Virus record (IMG/VR): IMGVR_UViG_3300010354_000110
Location: 1-56,541 of that record
Length of the DNA stretch: 56,541 nt
Strand: one strand, 5' to 3'
Source: a virus
Lineage: Duplodnaviria; Caudoviricetes
In this document: positions 19,631 to 28,529 of the stretch, in pieces
How the letters are laid out: every line of letters starts with the position of its first letter
How positions within the stretch are numbered: position 1 is the stretch's first letter
Program-made: the position numbers and the translations under genes
Notes under the pieces: model-generated
The model's database searches: none
Told to the model about the DNA's origin: nothing
Seen by the model: only the letters and a program-made list of their open reading frames with translations

Positions 19631-20184
19631 TCAGTCTTTTTTGGAATATTCCATACGAATTGTCCATTCTCCATCAATCTGGCTGGTATATACCTCACGG
19701 AAACCTGCTGCCTGGAATAGCTGCAGACTCAGTGTGTCCTTATCGTTGACGTTGACCATCAGCTTTCCCATAGAATCAGAAGCCCAGCGGCTCGCCAGAC
19801 CGTCAACGACTTCCTGAAAATACAGGACCAGCTTCTCATGTCCAAGGGAGACATCCACAGTCATGTGGTCAATCATCTTTGAGCGATAGTGGACCACACC
19901 TTCTGCATCAGTTTCTACTCCATAGCGGAGTCCAACACAGACTCGATAGTTGCACCACTTCTCGTCAGGCATCGTGCCGTCTGCATTGGCCTCTCCCTCA
20001 TGATAGTGAACACTCTCATGGATGTCATCAGACCAGCAGTAAACGAACTGTTTACGTGAGCGAGCATACTCCTTCAGGTCCTCTGTGGTCCACACAGAAC
20101 CTACCAAAGAGATGCCACGTTCCAGTTCCAGATCACTGGCAAGTTTGATAGAGACATTTGAAGATTCAGTCAGTCGAGATGTCA
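19631..20184 (-). CDS. hypothetical protein, possibly degenerate GNAT fold
   Basis: C-terminal LMVNVNDKDTLSLQLFQAAGFRE resembles GNAT motif B. Confidence 0.4.
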
Positions 20185-20369
20185 TCAGCACTATCTTCTC
20201 CTGGTTGTTTGAAATCTGCATTGATATAGGTACGACAGGCCAGACACTTCATTCTGCGTCTGCCGCTATCTTCCCATGTATCATAGATCGTATAGAGCAG
20301 AGTTGATCCACAGTGGATACAATCCTGCTTATACGACTTCTGCTCAGGTTTGTGAAGTATCCGCATCAA
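20166..20369 (-). CDS. small zinc-ribbon protein
   Basis: CIHCG ... CLAC. Confidence 0.6.
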   Translation of the reverse strand: MMRILHKPEQKSYKQDCIHCGSTLLYTIYDTWEDSGRRRMKCLACRTYINADFKQPGEDSADDISTD

Positions 20370-20674
20370 TTTTGCTCGTTAGAGCCTCCCCAATAGGGTG
20401 GATCATCATCCTCATCATCATCTCCATTATCATCCCAGGCAGCCCAGAAGTCTTCCTCTGAAATACCTAGTTCTAATTTGTCAACCGCTTCCCGCACTGA
20501 TCGGATGATTGATCGGATTGCCGCTTCAGCATCCTGCCTATCGGCATCGGGATACTCGGTATCAAGGAGACTATCCAGCCTGATGACAGCATAGTCAAGC
20601 AACTCGGCTGTACGCTGTAGAGCATCTTGCGACACCATGTCAAGGATTTGTGCGAACTTGTCTTCTTCACTCAT
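20366..20674 (-). CDS. hypothetical acidic protein
   Basis: 102-aa ORF in operon. Confidence 0.6.
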   Translation of the reverse strand: MSEEDKFAQILDMVSQDALQRTAELLDYAVIRLDSLLDTEYPDADRQDAEAAIRSIIRSVREAVDKLELGISEEDFWAAWDDNGDDDEDDDPPYWGGSNEQN

Positions 20675-20918
20675 CTGAACCTGCCTGCACTTTCTTCAGT
20701 TTTGCGATGGTGTTGTCGTACATGTCACGATCTCGAACAGTCTGCTGAGCAAACTCATCTAGAATTTCAAGAATTACTTCTTGAATATCTACTGGTAAGG
20801 CTGGAAAACTCTCAGTGAGAAAGTTCAGAGTATCAGTGATGGACTGCCGATTTCTGCGTGTCTCTAAGGTGTACGCTTGCAGGTACAGCTTCATCAGTTC
20901 CGCTTCTTGATTATTCAT
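20667..20918 (-). CDS. hypothetical protein
   Basis: MNNQEAELMK... preceded by AAGGAG. Confidence 0.55.
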   Translation of the reverse strand: MNNQEAELMKLYLQAYTLETRRNRQSITDTLNFLTESFPALPVDIQEVILEILDEFAQQTVRDRDMYDNTIAKLKKVQAGSDE

Positions 20919-21123
20919 CTGACTCTCCTTGTGGTTGTGGTAACTGGCAATAGTAGATGGCTTCAGCTTTCTTGCTGACTTCATAGCCACCGTTCCAGTC
21001 CATGTCCATGATGAAGAACAGAAAGTCACGGACCAGTTCCGTGTACTTCATGTCCATTTCAGGGATGTTATCTTCGAGACTGTTAATCTCGTTGATTGCT
21101 TCTGTGATCTTAGACCAGTTCAT
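20911..21123 (-). CDS. hypothetical protein
   Basis: AAGGAG RBS; 70 aa. Confidence 0.6.
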   Translation of the reverse strand: MNWSKITEAINEINSLEDNIPEMDMKYTELVRDFLFFIMDMDWNGGYEVSKKAEAIYYCQLPQPQGESDE

Positions 21124-21132
21124 TGGGACTCC

Positions 21133-21714
21133 TTAGCAAGAACAAGAAAAGTACTTCGGTCGCCAGATACACTTCTCCCCAGTCGCATTCTCAATGTGGT
21201 CCCACATTTCGTATGGAATTGAGCCGTGAGCATCTCGACCTCTGAAGTATAGATACTCGTCATCGATCCTGTATGCCTCTGGATAGTAGTCCTCGTCAGC
21301 CGGTTCGATGTGCTTACCCGTTGCGGCTGCAATGACAATGTCATAGCCAGGGCAGTCTGCCTTTGCACAAAAATCCCGTAGCCAAGCCTCGGATTCTGCC
21401 TTGGTAGGTTTCGGCTTCGGTGCTAAGGCTTCATCTGTGAACGCCGGATGCTCCCGTACATGATGCACAGCGGTAACTGTGTTGGGATTCAGGCACACCC
21501 AAACAAGGTTGCCTTTACTGGCGTAGTTCATGAATGGATCACTCACCCCGATACAATCTGCTCGATCGCAAGTGACCACAGTGCCGTTATAGACTCGCAC
21601 CGGCACTCCCGGATCGATAAACTCACCGGCAGGCAATGAGATGACTGCAATGTGCAAAGCATCCCGTAGGTTTGGCTGAGAAGGCTTGTCGCCTAGATTG
21701 ACACTCTGGGACAC
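21133..21714 (-). CDS. conserved-looking phage hypothetical protein
   Basis: RDALHIAV, IGVSDPF, ends FSCSC; AGGAG RBS. Confidence 0.7.
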   Translation of the reverse strand: MSQSVNLGDKPSQPNLRDALHIAVISLPAGEFIDPGVPVRVYNGTVVTCDRADCIGVSDPFMNYASKGNLVWVCLNPNTVTAVHHVREHPAFTDEALAPKPKPTKAESEAWLRDFCAKADCPGYDIVIAAATGKHIEPADEDYYPEAYRIDDEYLYFRGRDAHGSIPYEMWDHIENATGEKCIWRPKYFSCSC

Positions 21715-21729
21715 GGTTACTCCTGTGGT

Positions 21730-22170
21730 CTAGTTGGACTGAGTTACAGGGAAGTCCTGTAACTGCATTTCGATGTCGAGGATGCTATCTGGATGGTTGC
21801 GGTAAACTGTTAGAGACGTTCCGAAAGTCCCGTCACTGGCTTGAGATAAAATATAAGTACCGTGCTTCCAGAAGATAGTTCCCGGAACACTGTTCACTTG
21901 GAAGCACCTGCCATCCGGCAGGTCCTTGATAGTGATCCTTGGCTCTGGCAGAGGGCCTAGGGCACGGACGAATGTGTACCTGTACGCATCCCCTGTCCGG
22001 TCTTTAGGGATGCTGCTTTCGACTCGGTACGCATCTTCCCCCTTTCTTTGTCTAACAAGCCATTCAGTATCTCCATATGCGACAATGCATGCAACACCTT
22101 CCGGCACATCTGCCAGTGTCTTGTATTGTTTTGGTTGCCGTTTACTGACCACAGGAGTCCAGAATTTCAT
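21730..22170 (-). CDS. hypothetical protein
   Basis: GGAGG RBS; internal TLADVPEG / TIKDLPDG repeat. Confidence 0.65.
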   Translation of the reverse strand: MKFWTPVVSKRQPKQYKTLADVPEGVACIVAYGDTEWLVRQRKGEDAYRVESSIPKDRTGDAYRYTFVRALGPLPEPRITIKDLPDGRCFQVNSVPGTIFWKHGTYILSQASDGTFGTSLTVYRNHPDSILDIEMQLQDFPVTQSN

Positions 22171-22364
22171 TGATCGCCTCCTTTGTTGTGTTTAGCTGCC
22201 AGGTACGCAAAGTGAAGTACTTCGTACACCTCAACAGCAAGATGTTGCCGGTCAACTGTGTCTTTAGACTGTTTTAGTGCTTCCACTTCGATCAGTTCTG
22301 TCAGTTTGATAGCAATCTGTTCTGCTCGTGGATCAAATCGTACTTGTACTGTCAGAACTACCAT
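22167..22364 (-). CDS. hypothetical protein
   Basis: Translationally coupled to neighbours. Confidence 0.55.
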   Translation of the reverse strand: MVVLTVQVRFDPRAEQIAIKLTELIEVEALKQSKDTVDRQHLAVEVYEVLHFAYLAAKHNKGGDQ

Positions 22365-22594
22365 CAGTTGCCTCCTGTGATATCGGAAATGTCGATGTTC
22401 ATGTCAGCAGCCGCAGCCTTACAGGCATCCAGAAGAAGTTGAGCAGCTATGACCACCACAGCAACTGCTTCCTTAGTAGTTCTTCCAGACAGCATGCTAT
22501 TAGCCATCATGAGATACGTGGCATCATTAGCAAGCAGTACTGCCTGCTGTACCAGTGGGGTCTGATAGATCGAGCGATCAACTGTGTTAGACAT
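22364..22594 (-). CDS. hypothetical protein
   Basis: 76-aa ORF coupled to the downstream gene. Confidence 0.55.
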   Translation of the reverse strand: MSNTVDRSIYQTPLVQQAVLLANDATYLMMANSMLSGRTTKEAVAVVVIAAQLLLDACKAAAADMNIDISDITGGN

Positions 22595-22654
22595 TACGGT
22601 TCCCTGTGAGTGTGTGGTCAGTAGACCACAGAGGTTAGAACTGGTGCTTTGCGG

Positions 22655-22873
22655 CTATTTAAACAAGATTGAGTCAGCGAATTTACGCAGGCCATTGATT
22701 GAGGTGTCAATGATCTCTGCAATATGCGATACTGCATCCTGTTTTGGAGCAGTTGGGGAGAGATTCCCAAGGTCTTCCACATCACTCATAATAGCGTGCA
22801 AGTGGAGCATCAATTCGTGCAGCCTTGCAAAGTCAGGCTTATTCTCAATGTAACGGTCAGAAACATCCGGCAT
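22655..22873 (-). CDS. hypothetical protein
   Basis: 72-aa helical ORF, first gene of the leftward block. Confidence 0.5.
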   Translation of the reverse strand: MPDVSDRYIENKPDFARLHELMLHLHAIMSDVEDLGNLSPTAPKQDAVSHIAEIIDTSINGLRKFADSILFK

Positions 22874-23014
22874 CGGAGCACCATTGAACTTCCTGTGGTC
22901 AGTACAGGCGACATCACCTGTTCAGTCCAACCACAACACCAATAGACCGCAGACCAGTCCTGATAGTTCCAGCCTTTCTGGACCACTTTCCAGAGATTGT
23001 CCAAAATAGTCTAT

Positions 23015-23110
23015 AATCGCATAGGATCGATTTTGAGACCTCCATTTTCCAGGATGACCCATAGGTCAAGTTGGCAATCCAAATGCCTCCTAGGGCCATT
23101 CTGTGCGACT
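23015..23110. repeat. dispersed ~95-bp imperfect palindrome, copy A
   Basis: Ends TCGCATAGGAT ... ATTCTGTGCGA; aligns by eye with copies at 26585, 35670 and 50843. Confidence 0.6.
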
Positions 23111-23883
23111 ACAGAGCATTTTAAAGGCCTGTTTGCAGTACAATTTGATATTGGAAATGCCCATATGGACCACAAGGTAAAATCGGGTCCTATTTGCAGA
23201 TATGTCGGAATGTTCCGACATATCGATATAGTGTATTAGTGTAGTAATACACCTACTAAGTACACTCTACCTTGCATATATGGACCACAGTGATTACCCA
23301 TATACCTATCAAATCTAAGTAATAGGAGTAGCTAAATATGAGTAATGGTAAGCCAGGTACTATCTAAGCCAGGTGGTCAGATAAGGTAGGGTTATTGGTG
23401 GTGGGTGGTGGTGATAGATGGTGGTGGGTGATGATAGATGATGTATGTGTGATGTTCGGTCCGGCCCTACGGGGGGAGGGGGAAATCAAGCGGAAAGCCG
23501 GGTGCAGCAACGATTTACGCTCCCCAGGCGTCACGCATCGTTCCTTGGGAGACGGTATCAGTCAGTTAGTTCGGCCTAGTTCGACCATCGGCAAAGCCAA
23601 GATCGGCGAGCGGTTGACCTCATTCCAAGTCGGCGAGCAAGCGAGAATCCAGGCTTCCCGCCATATTGACAGGATAGGTCATCTGCCAAAATGGCAGGGT
23701 CGGAATTTCCCCCATACCAGAAACCACTTCCAAGGTAACGGTTTAAGAAAATCGAAAATCCTCCTGGATTTTTCCGATACTGATATTCCTTTCCGCTTCT
23801 GTGGTCGATACCTTATTGTAGTTGGTTGTGGTGTTGAGTCGATGGGCGACTCAGCCACTAGCGGCCCCGAAGGGAGTAGACAA

Positions 23884-24087
23884 ATGGACAACGGCAAACG
23901 ATATTATGTGCTTGATCGATCCGTGCGAGAATTCGCAGGAACGATCCTGGAATGTGACCTACTTCAGAATTGGCGAAACATTCGCGACACGGATGACGCT
24001 CCAGTCCAAGAGTGGGTAACGTACGCCGAACTAGGCGATGAACTAACCGACAGTACACACTGCGTTCGTGTAATCCGCACCAGATAA
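23884..24087 (+). CDS. hypothetical early protein
   Basis: GGGAG RBS before ATG 23884 (MDNGKRYY...); the longer ORF start is unlikely. Confidence 0.55.
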   Translation: MDNGKRYYVLDRSVREFAGTILECDLLQNWRNIRDTDDAPVQEWVTYAELGDELTDSTHCVRVIRTR

Positions 24088-24104
24088 TCAGAGGGAACCA
24101 GACC

Positions 24105-24251
24105 ATGCTCTGCTGCCTTTGCTTCGGAATCCTGGAAGCCATGCTGGCAATCCTTGCCGCATGTGGTCCGATATGCGCTTGTATCTGTCGATTGTGTCGA
24201 CGTAAGCCGCACAATCCCAATTCCTGTCCCTGTTCTCACTTGAGAGATTAA
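24105..24251 (+). CDS. small Cys-rich hydrophobic protein (48 aa, not in ORF track)
   Basis: MLCCLCFGILEAMLAILAACGPICACICRLCRRKPHNPNSCPCSHLRD*, with GAGGG upstream. Confidence 0.45.
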   Translation: MLCCLCFGILEAMLAILAACGPICACICRLCRRKPHNPNSCPCSHLRD

Positions 24252-24287
24252 CTGACTCTCCCTTCACCACTCAAAAGGAACCTCACC

Positions 24288-25994
24288 ATGTGCCAAAAAT
24301 GCATCACCCTCCCTGTCCCTGTTGAATACCACGAAGAAATCAGGGAATATCAGTTTTCGGACCTGCCAGAAATAACCGATGACGGCATGGAAGAAATCAG
24401 CAGCCATCTTGCTCGCTGGTGTGGTCCAATATCGACCACACCGCCTCCCACTGATCTAACTTTGGATAGGGTATTCGGAGATTTAATCGCGAACAGCAAT
24501 ATTCGGTTTTGGGTTGAAAACGGATATATACAGTATCCCCCCGCTGAACCTGATTATTACACACAGGCAATGGGGGGCAATTGGACGTTTGACGGACTGT
24601 ATGGGGATACCGCCGACAAGCGTAGGGAAAACATCAAAGCAAGAGCGAAAATAGTAGTAAGAAAGGCCGCCGACTTGCACGCATGGCAGAATCCCCGCTT
24701 TGATACCGCCACCCTCAATTGGGACGCTATCGGTACGGATATCAAAAATAAGGCGGGATCGATCGGTAAGCGTGTCTCCAAAGAGGTAAAGCGCGTATCC
24801 GGCAGTTTTCTCCCCGATACCCTGATTGAATCCCTCAACAATCTTGTCGACCAATACCGATCGACAGACAAAAATCCCCGCATCAGTTTCGATCAGGGAT
24901 TCGCTGACGGTAAGGCCAGGGACTACTGCAATTCTGGTTCCTGCTGGTGGGAAGGTTATTCTGCCGGTAGGAAAGCATTCGCCGAAAATGGTGGATATGC
25001 TGCCCGATTGTGGCAGGACGATAAACCTATTTCCAGGATTTTTATCATTCCTCACACTGTTCAAGGGCACGATTGTCACGTCATTTTCAACGCATACGGG
25101 GATTGGAGGCTGAATCAATGGGCCGAAACGCTGGCGAAAATTTGGGGCATGGAGTCGAAGGAAATCAGCCTGAGGAACGTATCGGACAGGATGTATATAA
25201 ACGGGCATGATGGGTATCTACTATCCCCTGTCTCCCTGTCTGTTTCTCGCGTGACTCTGCAGTGTGAATGCGGGCAAGCATGCCGAAACTGCGGAGGAAC
25301 ATGCAATGAAGAAGAACTCCACTGGTCAGAAAACGGGCATGGTCCGTATTGCTGCGATTGCATCCCCTGGTCAAGTTGCGACCGTTGCGGGGGAGAATGC
25401 TGGGAAGGTTCCGACGATATGGTAACCGTTGACGGGAATACATACTGCTGTGAATCTTGTGCCAATCGTTCTGGATACTACCTATGTTACCATTGTGACG
25501 AATGGTATTCTGAGGATGACGTAGGCGAAGATTGTTCTGGGTATCTTTGCTGTGACGATTGTTCCACCGGTGAAACATGCCACCATTGCGAAAATCGTAT
25601 TGCTGGGGGGAGATACGGGGACGATTATGTGACCACACAGGAGGGGAACTGCTTCTGTGACAATTGCCAGTCTGAAGTATCTCAGTGTCCACACTGTGAC
25701 GAATGGCATGAAACAGGGGAAGATACCTGCCCCAATTGCGAGGATATCCCGTTACCGATTGAAGCGGACGTTGACGCCAGCGGAATTGTGTGCCCTACGT
25801 TTATCTCTCCAGATTTCATCTGCCATACTGCCGAACATCCTGGAATCGGTTTCCGGGATTTCTGTGATGGCGCTCCGTTGCAGGTTCGGCCAGTAGAATC
25901 TGCTATCGACGAATGGCACAAACCGAATCACGGACGGATTGTCAATTCACCATTGGCAATTCTTGCAATCGATCTTTGCCTGTCCGGATTCTAA
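24288..25994 (+). CDS. hypothetical protein with multi-CxxC zinc-finger array; paralog of 30144..31550
   Basis: ARDYCNSGSCWW, IFNAYG, YING, followed by many CxxC motifs. Confidence 0.75.
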   Translation: MCQKCITLPVPVEYHEEIREYQFSDLPEITDDGMEEISSHLARWCGPISTTPPPTDLTLDRVFGDLIANSNIRFWVENGYIQYPPAEPDYYTQAMGGNWTFDGLYGDTADKRRENIKARAKIVVRKAADLHAWQNPRFDTATLNWDAIGTDIKNKAGSIGKRVSKEVKRVSGSFLPDTLIESLNNLVDQYRSTDKNPRISFDQGFADGKARDYCNSGSCWWEGYSAGRKAFAENGGYAARLWQDDKPISRIFIIPHTVQGHDCHVIFNAYGDWRLNQWAETLAKIWGMESKEISLRNVSDRMYINGHDGYLLSPVSLSVSRVTLQCECGQACRNCGGTCNEEELHWSENGHGPYCCDCIPWSSCDRCGGECWEGSDDMVTVDGNTYCCESCANRSGYYLCYHCDEWYSEDDVGEDCSGYLCCDDCSTGETCHHCENRIAGGRYGDDYVTTQEGNCFCDNCQSEVSQCPHCDEWHETGEDTCPNCEDIPLPIEADVDASGIVCPTFISPDFICHTAEHPGIGFRDFCDGAPLQVRPVESAIDEWHKPNHGRIVNSPLAILAIDLCLSGF

Positions 25995-26042
25995 TCCCCC
26001 CTGTTCCCTCCCTTCCCGTCCCTTTTCCCTTAAGGAAAGAGC

Positions 26043-26486
26043 ATGCCCACACTAACCGCACTCTACCGCGATTGTTTCGCTCCCGTGTCTGCATTCATTG
26101 CCCGTAGATATCCGATGCTTGATTCTGAAGATATCGCACAATCGGCATTCGTGAAATACTGGAAAAGATTCCCCGATGGGGATTGTGGAGAACGGGAACC
26201 CTTCAGGGTTCTCTTGTACCTTGCCAGATTGTGCGCCGTGAATGCTGTCCGCAAGGCCACTCGGTTCAAACGCTCTGAACAATTGCGAAGGGACACAGCA
26301 GTAGATGCCGCATGTGGTCCCGCTGCTGTCGATCCAATAAACTTGGATGAGCTGCCTCCCGATTTGCAATCTCTTGCCGGTGATTTACTTGCTGGCAATA
26401 CTTGTGAATCCCTTTGGGGTAAGTATGGGGGACAATATCGCTGTCGCCAACTGTTCCGCCAACTTCGGGATTGTCTAGTTCGATAG
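26043..26486 (+). CDS. ECF sigma factor-like protein
   Basis: LY....V.AFIARR..DSEDIAQSAFVKYW...F..LLYLAR..AVNAVRK resembles sigma70 region 2. Confidence 0.65.
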   Translation: MPTLTALYRDCFAPVSAFIARRYPMLDSEDIAQSAFVKYWKRFPDGDCGEREPFRVLLYLARLCAVNAVRKATRFKRSEQLRRDTAVDAACGPAAVDPINLDELPPDLQSLAGDLLAGNTCESLWGKYGGQYRCRQLFRQLRDCLVR

Positions 26487-26518
26487 GCTGCAGTCTACTC
26501 ATTTCCCTACCGTTCCCT

Positions 26519-26554
26519 GCCCCTCGTGTCCTTGGACATTTGAGGGGCTTTTTT
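26519..26554 (+). terminator. rho-independent terminator
   Basis: GCCCCTC..TGTCC/GGACA..GAGGGGC followed by TTTTTT. Confidence 0.75.
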
Positions 26555-26584
26555 GCTTTACAGATACCCTCCAAAACGTCACCA

Positions 26585-26681
26585 AATCGCACAGAATGCC
26601 CCAGGAAGCCCGCAAACCCCCTTGGACGTACTTTACCATTACCCTGGAATCAGAGGGCTTCTAAAGCGATCCTATCGCGTT
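26585..26681. repeat. dispersed ~95-bp imperfect palindrome, copy B
   Basis: AATCGCACAGAATG ... GGACGTACTTT ... CGATCCTATCGCGTT. Confidence 0.6.
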
Positions 26682-26721
26682 AGAGGCGTTTTTGACAATC
26701 TTGGAAAAGTTCCCCGAATCG

Positions 26722-26759
26722 TCTACAGCGATAGGTCGAAAAAGCGATATTAGGGCAGA
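26722..26759 (+). promoter_or_regulatory. repeated promoter-like motif, copy 1
   Basis: TCTACA-N17-CGATATTAGGGCAGA; identical spacing in the copy at 28464-28501. Confidence 0.5.
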
Positions 26760-26793
26760 GTTTGACAATCCGACAACCGACTAGGAATGCAAC

Positions 26794-27015
26794 ATGACAG
26801 CCAGCGAATTGCAGTCATTGACTCGGGGGGACCGTGTCCAATGGGTCCGCCAAAATCAACAGGTGACCGGAACAGTGACAACACGATCAGGGCGCTATAT
26901 CTGTATCCATTGGGATGATGGGTACACAGCTAAGACCCCTATACTGTCCGCTGATGATTGGTGGCAGTTTGTCAAAAGAGTGGAAGAGGTTATTAACCCT
27001 CCCGCAAAGGTTTGA
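26794..27015 (+). CDS. small SH3-like hypothetical protein
   Basis: LTRGDRVQW..GTV..IHWDDG; AGGA RBS. Confidence 0.6.
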   Translation: MTASELQSLTRGDRVQWVRQNQQVTGTVTTRSGRYICIHWDDGYTAKTPILSADDWWQFVKRVEEVINPPAKV

Positions 27016-27049
27016 TACCCCCCGTACTATCATTCGGCCCCATCGTCTA

Positions 27050-27080
27050 ATGGTTCCCCAGAGTATCCATACACTCCCGT
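27050..27080 (+). repeat. 31-bp exact direct repeat, copy 1
   Basis: ATGGTTCCCCAGAGTATCCATACACTCCCGT, identical at 27544-27574. Confidence 0.9.
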
Positions 27081-27137
27081 CTAATTCCCTCCCTCACACT
27101 CCCCCGGCTGCCATCACTCTCCCCAAAAGATTCAACC

Positions 27138-27251
27138 ATGAACGCCACAACCAAAATCACCATCTTGATTGCCATCATCGGCTTATCGCCTGCCCTTTGT
27201 TGGCTGGCATTCGCCATTCCCTCACTCTATCGTGCGATTGTTCGCCGATAG
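27138..27251 (+). CDS. small single-TM protein (37 aa, not in ORF track)
   Basis: MNATTKITILIAIIGLSPALCWLAFAIPSLYRAIVRR*. Confidence 0.45.
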   Translation: MNATTKITILIAIIGLSPALCWLAFAIPSLYRAIVRR

Positions 27252-27287
27252 TCTCCACATCCCTCGTCACAATCGAAAGGTTAGACC

Positions 27288-27581
27288 ATGTCTGCAATCG
27301 TCCCCGGAGTTTACCAATTCACTACTTCAGCCGGAATTGTCCAATTCGTCCTCAAGCGAGGACAGCGAGACAAATGGTGTAGTTCCGAATTAGAGGAACA
27401 CTGGCAATGCAGTGCGATAGCTGATGGGTTAGCTACGCTCAATAAGTTGTATGTGACCACAACCGACAGCAGCTACGACCCACCACTGTGGATCGATGAC
27501 AACGCTCCGGGCTGGGTAAAAATCAGCCTGGCAGATGGCTACTATGGTTCCCCAGAGTATCCATACACTCCCGTTAACTGA
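27288..27581 (+). CDS. hypothetical protein
   Basis: AAGG RBS; ends within direct repeat copy 2. Confidence 0.6.
   Translation: MSAIVPGVYQFTTSAGIVQFVLKRGQRDKWCSSELEEHWQCSAIADGLATLNKLYVTTTDSSYDPPLWIDDNAPGWVKISLADGYYGSPEYPYTPVN
27544..27574 (+). repeat. 31-bp exact direct repeat, copy 2
   Basis: Identical to 27050-27080. Confidence 0.9.
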
Positions 27582-27605
27582 CTCACAAGCCTACCTGCCA
27601 AGGAG

Positions 27606-28073
27606 TTGACAATGATCGACCACACAACCCTCGAAACTGCCTACAAGGCCTATTCCAAGTGGGTCACCAGTTACGCCTGTAAATTGTACAGGACTGACCC
27701 AGACCGCATGGTGTCCGATACTTGGTCCAGGGTCTGGTTTGCCCGTGAAAGGCTGGACAGGATCGATCCCGGTCTGCTCAAGGTGATAATGATGGGGCTT
27801 TTCCGGGACTACTTGCGAGATGCAAGGAATGAGCAGAGACGTTTGGAAAAGTGGTCCCGGACCCCGCATCATGGCAGGGAACCTGCAAAACTCCCTGAAA
27901 TTGACCCAGACGCACTACCGGAAGGGGATCGGAGTTTGTATCTTCGGTTGCAGGAGTATGCAAACTCCACGATGTCCTTAGAGGACACACGCATCCCACA
28001 CTCCACTTTGTTCGGGTTCCGCAGACGCATGCGGAAAAGATTCAACAGAACACCACAGGAAACAGAATCATGA
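27606..28073 (+). CDS. second ECF sigma factor-like protein
   Basis: AY..Y...V.SYA.KL..D.D.MVSDTWSRVW...LLKVI...FRDYLR region-2-like pattern. Confidence 0.55.
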   Translation: MTMIDHTTLETAYKAYSKWVTSYACKLYRTDPDRMVSDTWSRVWFARERLDRIDPGLLKVIMMGLFRDYLRDARNEQRRLEKWSRTPHHGREPAKLPEIDPDALPEGDRSLYLRLQEYANSTMSLEDTRIPHSTLFGFRRRMRKRFNRTPQETES

Positions 28074-28384
28074 GCAAGCACACACCGGGACCGTGGGTCA
28101 TCTCTGGAGATGAAATCAACACTGCGGATGGACAGACGAAAATCGCCGAAGTAATCGGGGGAGATGGACGACGTTTTCAGGATGAGGAAGACAACACCGA
28201 ATGTCTTGCCGATGCCCGTCTAATTGCTGCCGCCCCTGACTTGCTGGAAGCATTGGAAGCTGCGATGGAGCTTGGGGCATACCGAGGGGATCGTATGCCA
28301 CTCAAGGCAGTGAAGCCGATTTTCGTTCGGATGGAAGCGGCAATCAACAAAGCCAAGGGAATCAAACGACACCACATCCCCTAA
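28070..28384 (+). CDS. common phage hypothetical protein
   Basis: MSKHTPGPW ... ADARLIAAAPDLLEAL family pattern. Confidence 0.75.
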   Translation: MSKHTPGPWVISGDEINTADGQTKIAEVIGGDGRRFQDEEDNTECLADARLIAAAPDLLEALEAAMELGAYRGDRMPLKAVKPIFVRMEAAINKAKGIKRHHIP

Positions 28385-28463
28385 CTCTCGAACAACGCCT
28401 AAGTACCAGCCATATCGCGTTGAGCCTGTTCCTTCCCACTCCTAATAAATCTGGTCAGAAAGT

Positions 28464-28501
28464 TCTACACCAAGGCCAGAAAAAAGCGATACTATGGCAG
28501 A
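28464..28501 (+). promoter_or_regulatory. repeated promoter-like motif, copy 2
   Basis: TCTACA-N17-CGATACTATGGCAGA. Confidence 0.5.
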
Positions 28502-28529
28502 CACTGACAACCAACAACAAGGTGACAAG

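Noticed and set aside
23395-23883. N-terminal part of ORF 23395..24087 as coding
   Set aside because: It starts in low-complexity GGT/GAT sequence without an RBS; a good RBS and ATG occur at 23884.
27050-27574. Diversity-generating retroelement TR/VR pair or minimal CRISPR
   Set aside because: The copies are identical (no adenine-specific mismatches), only 31 bp long and 494 bp apart, and no reverse transcriptase is present.
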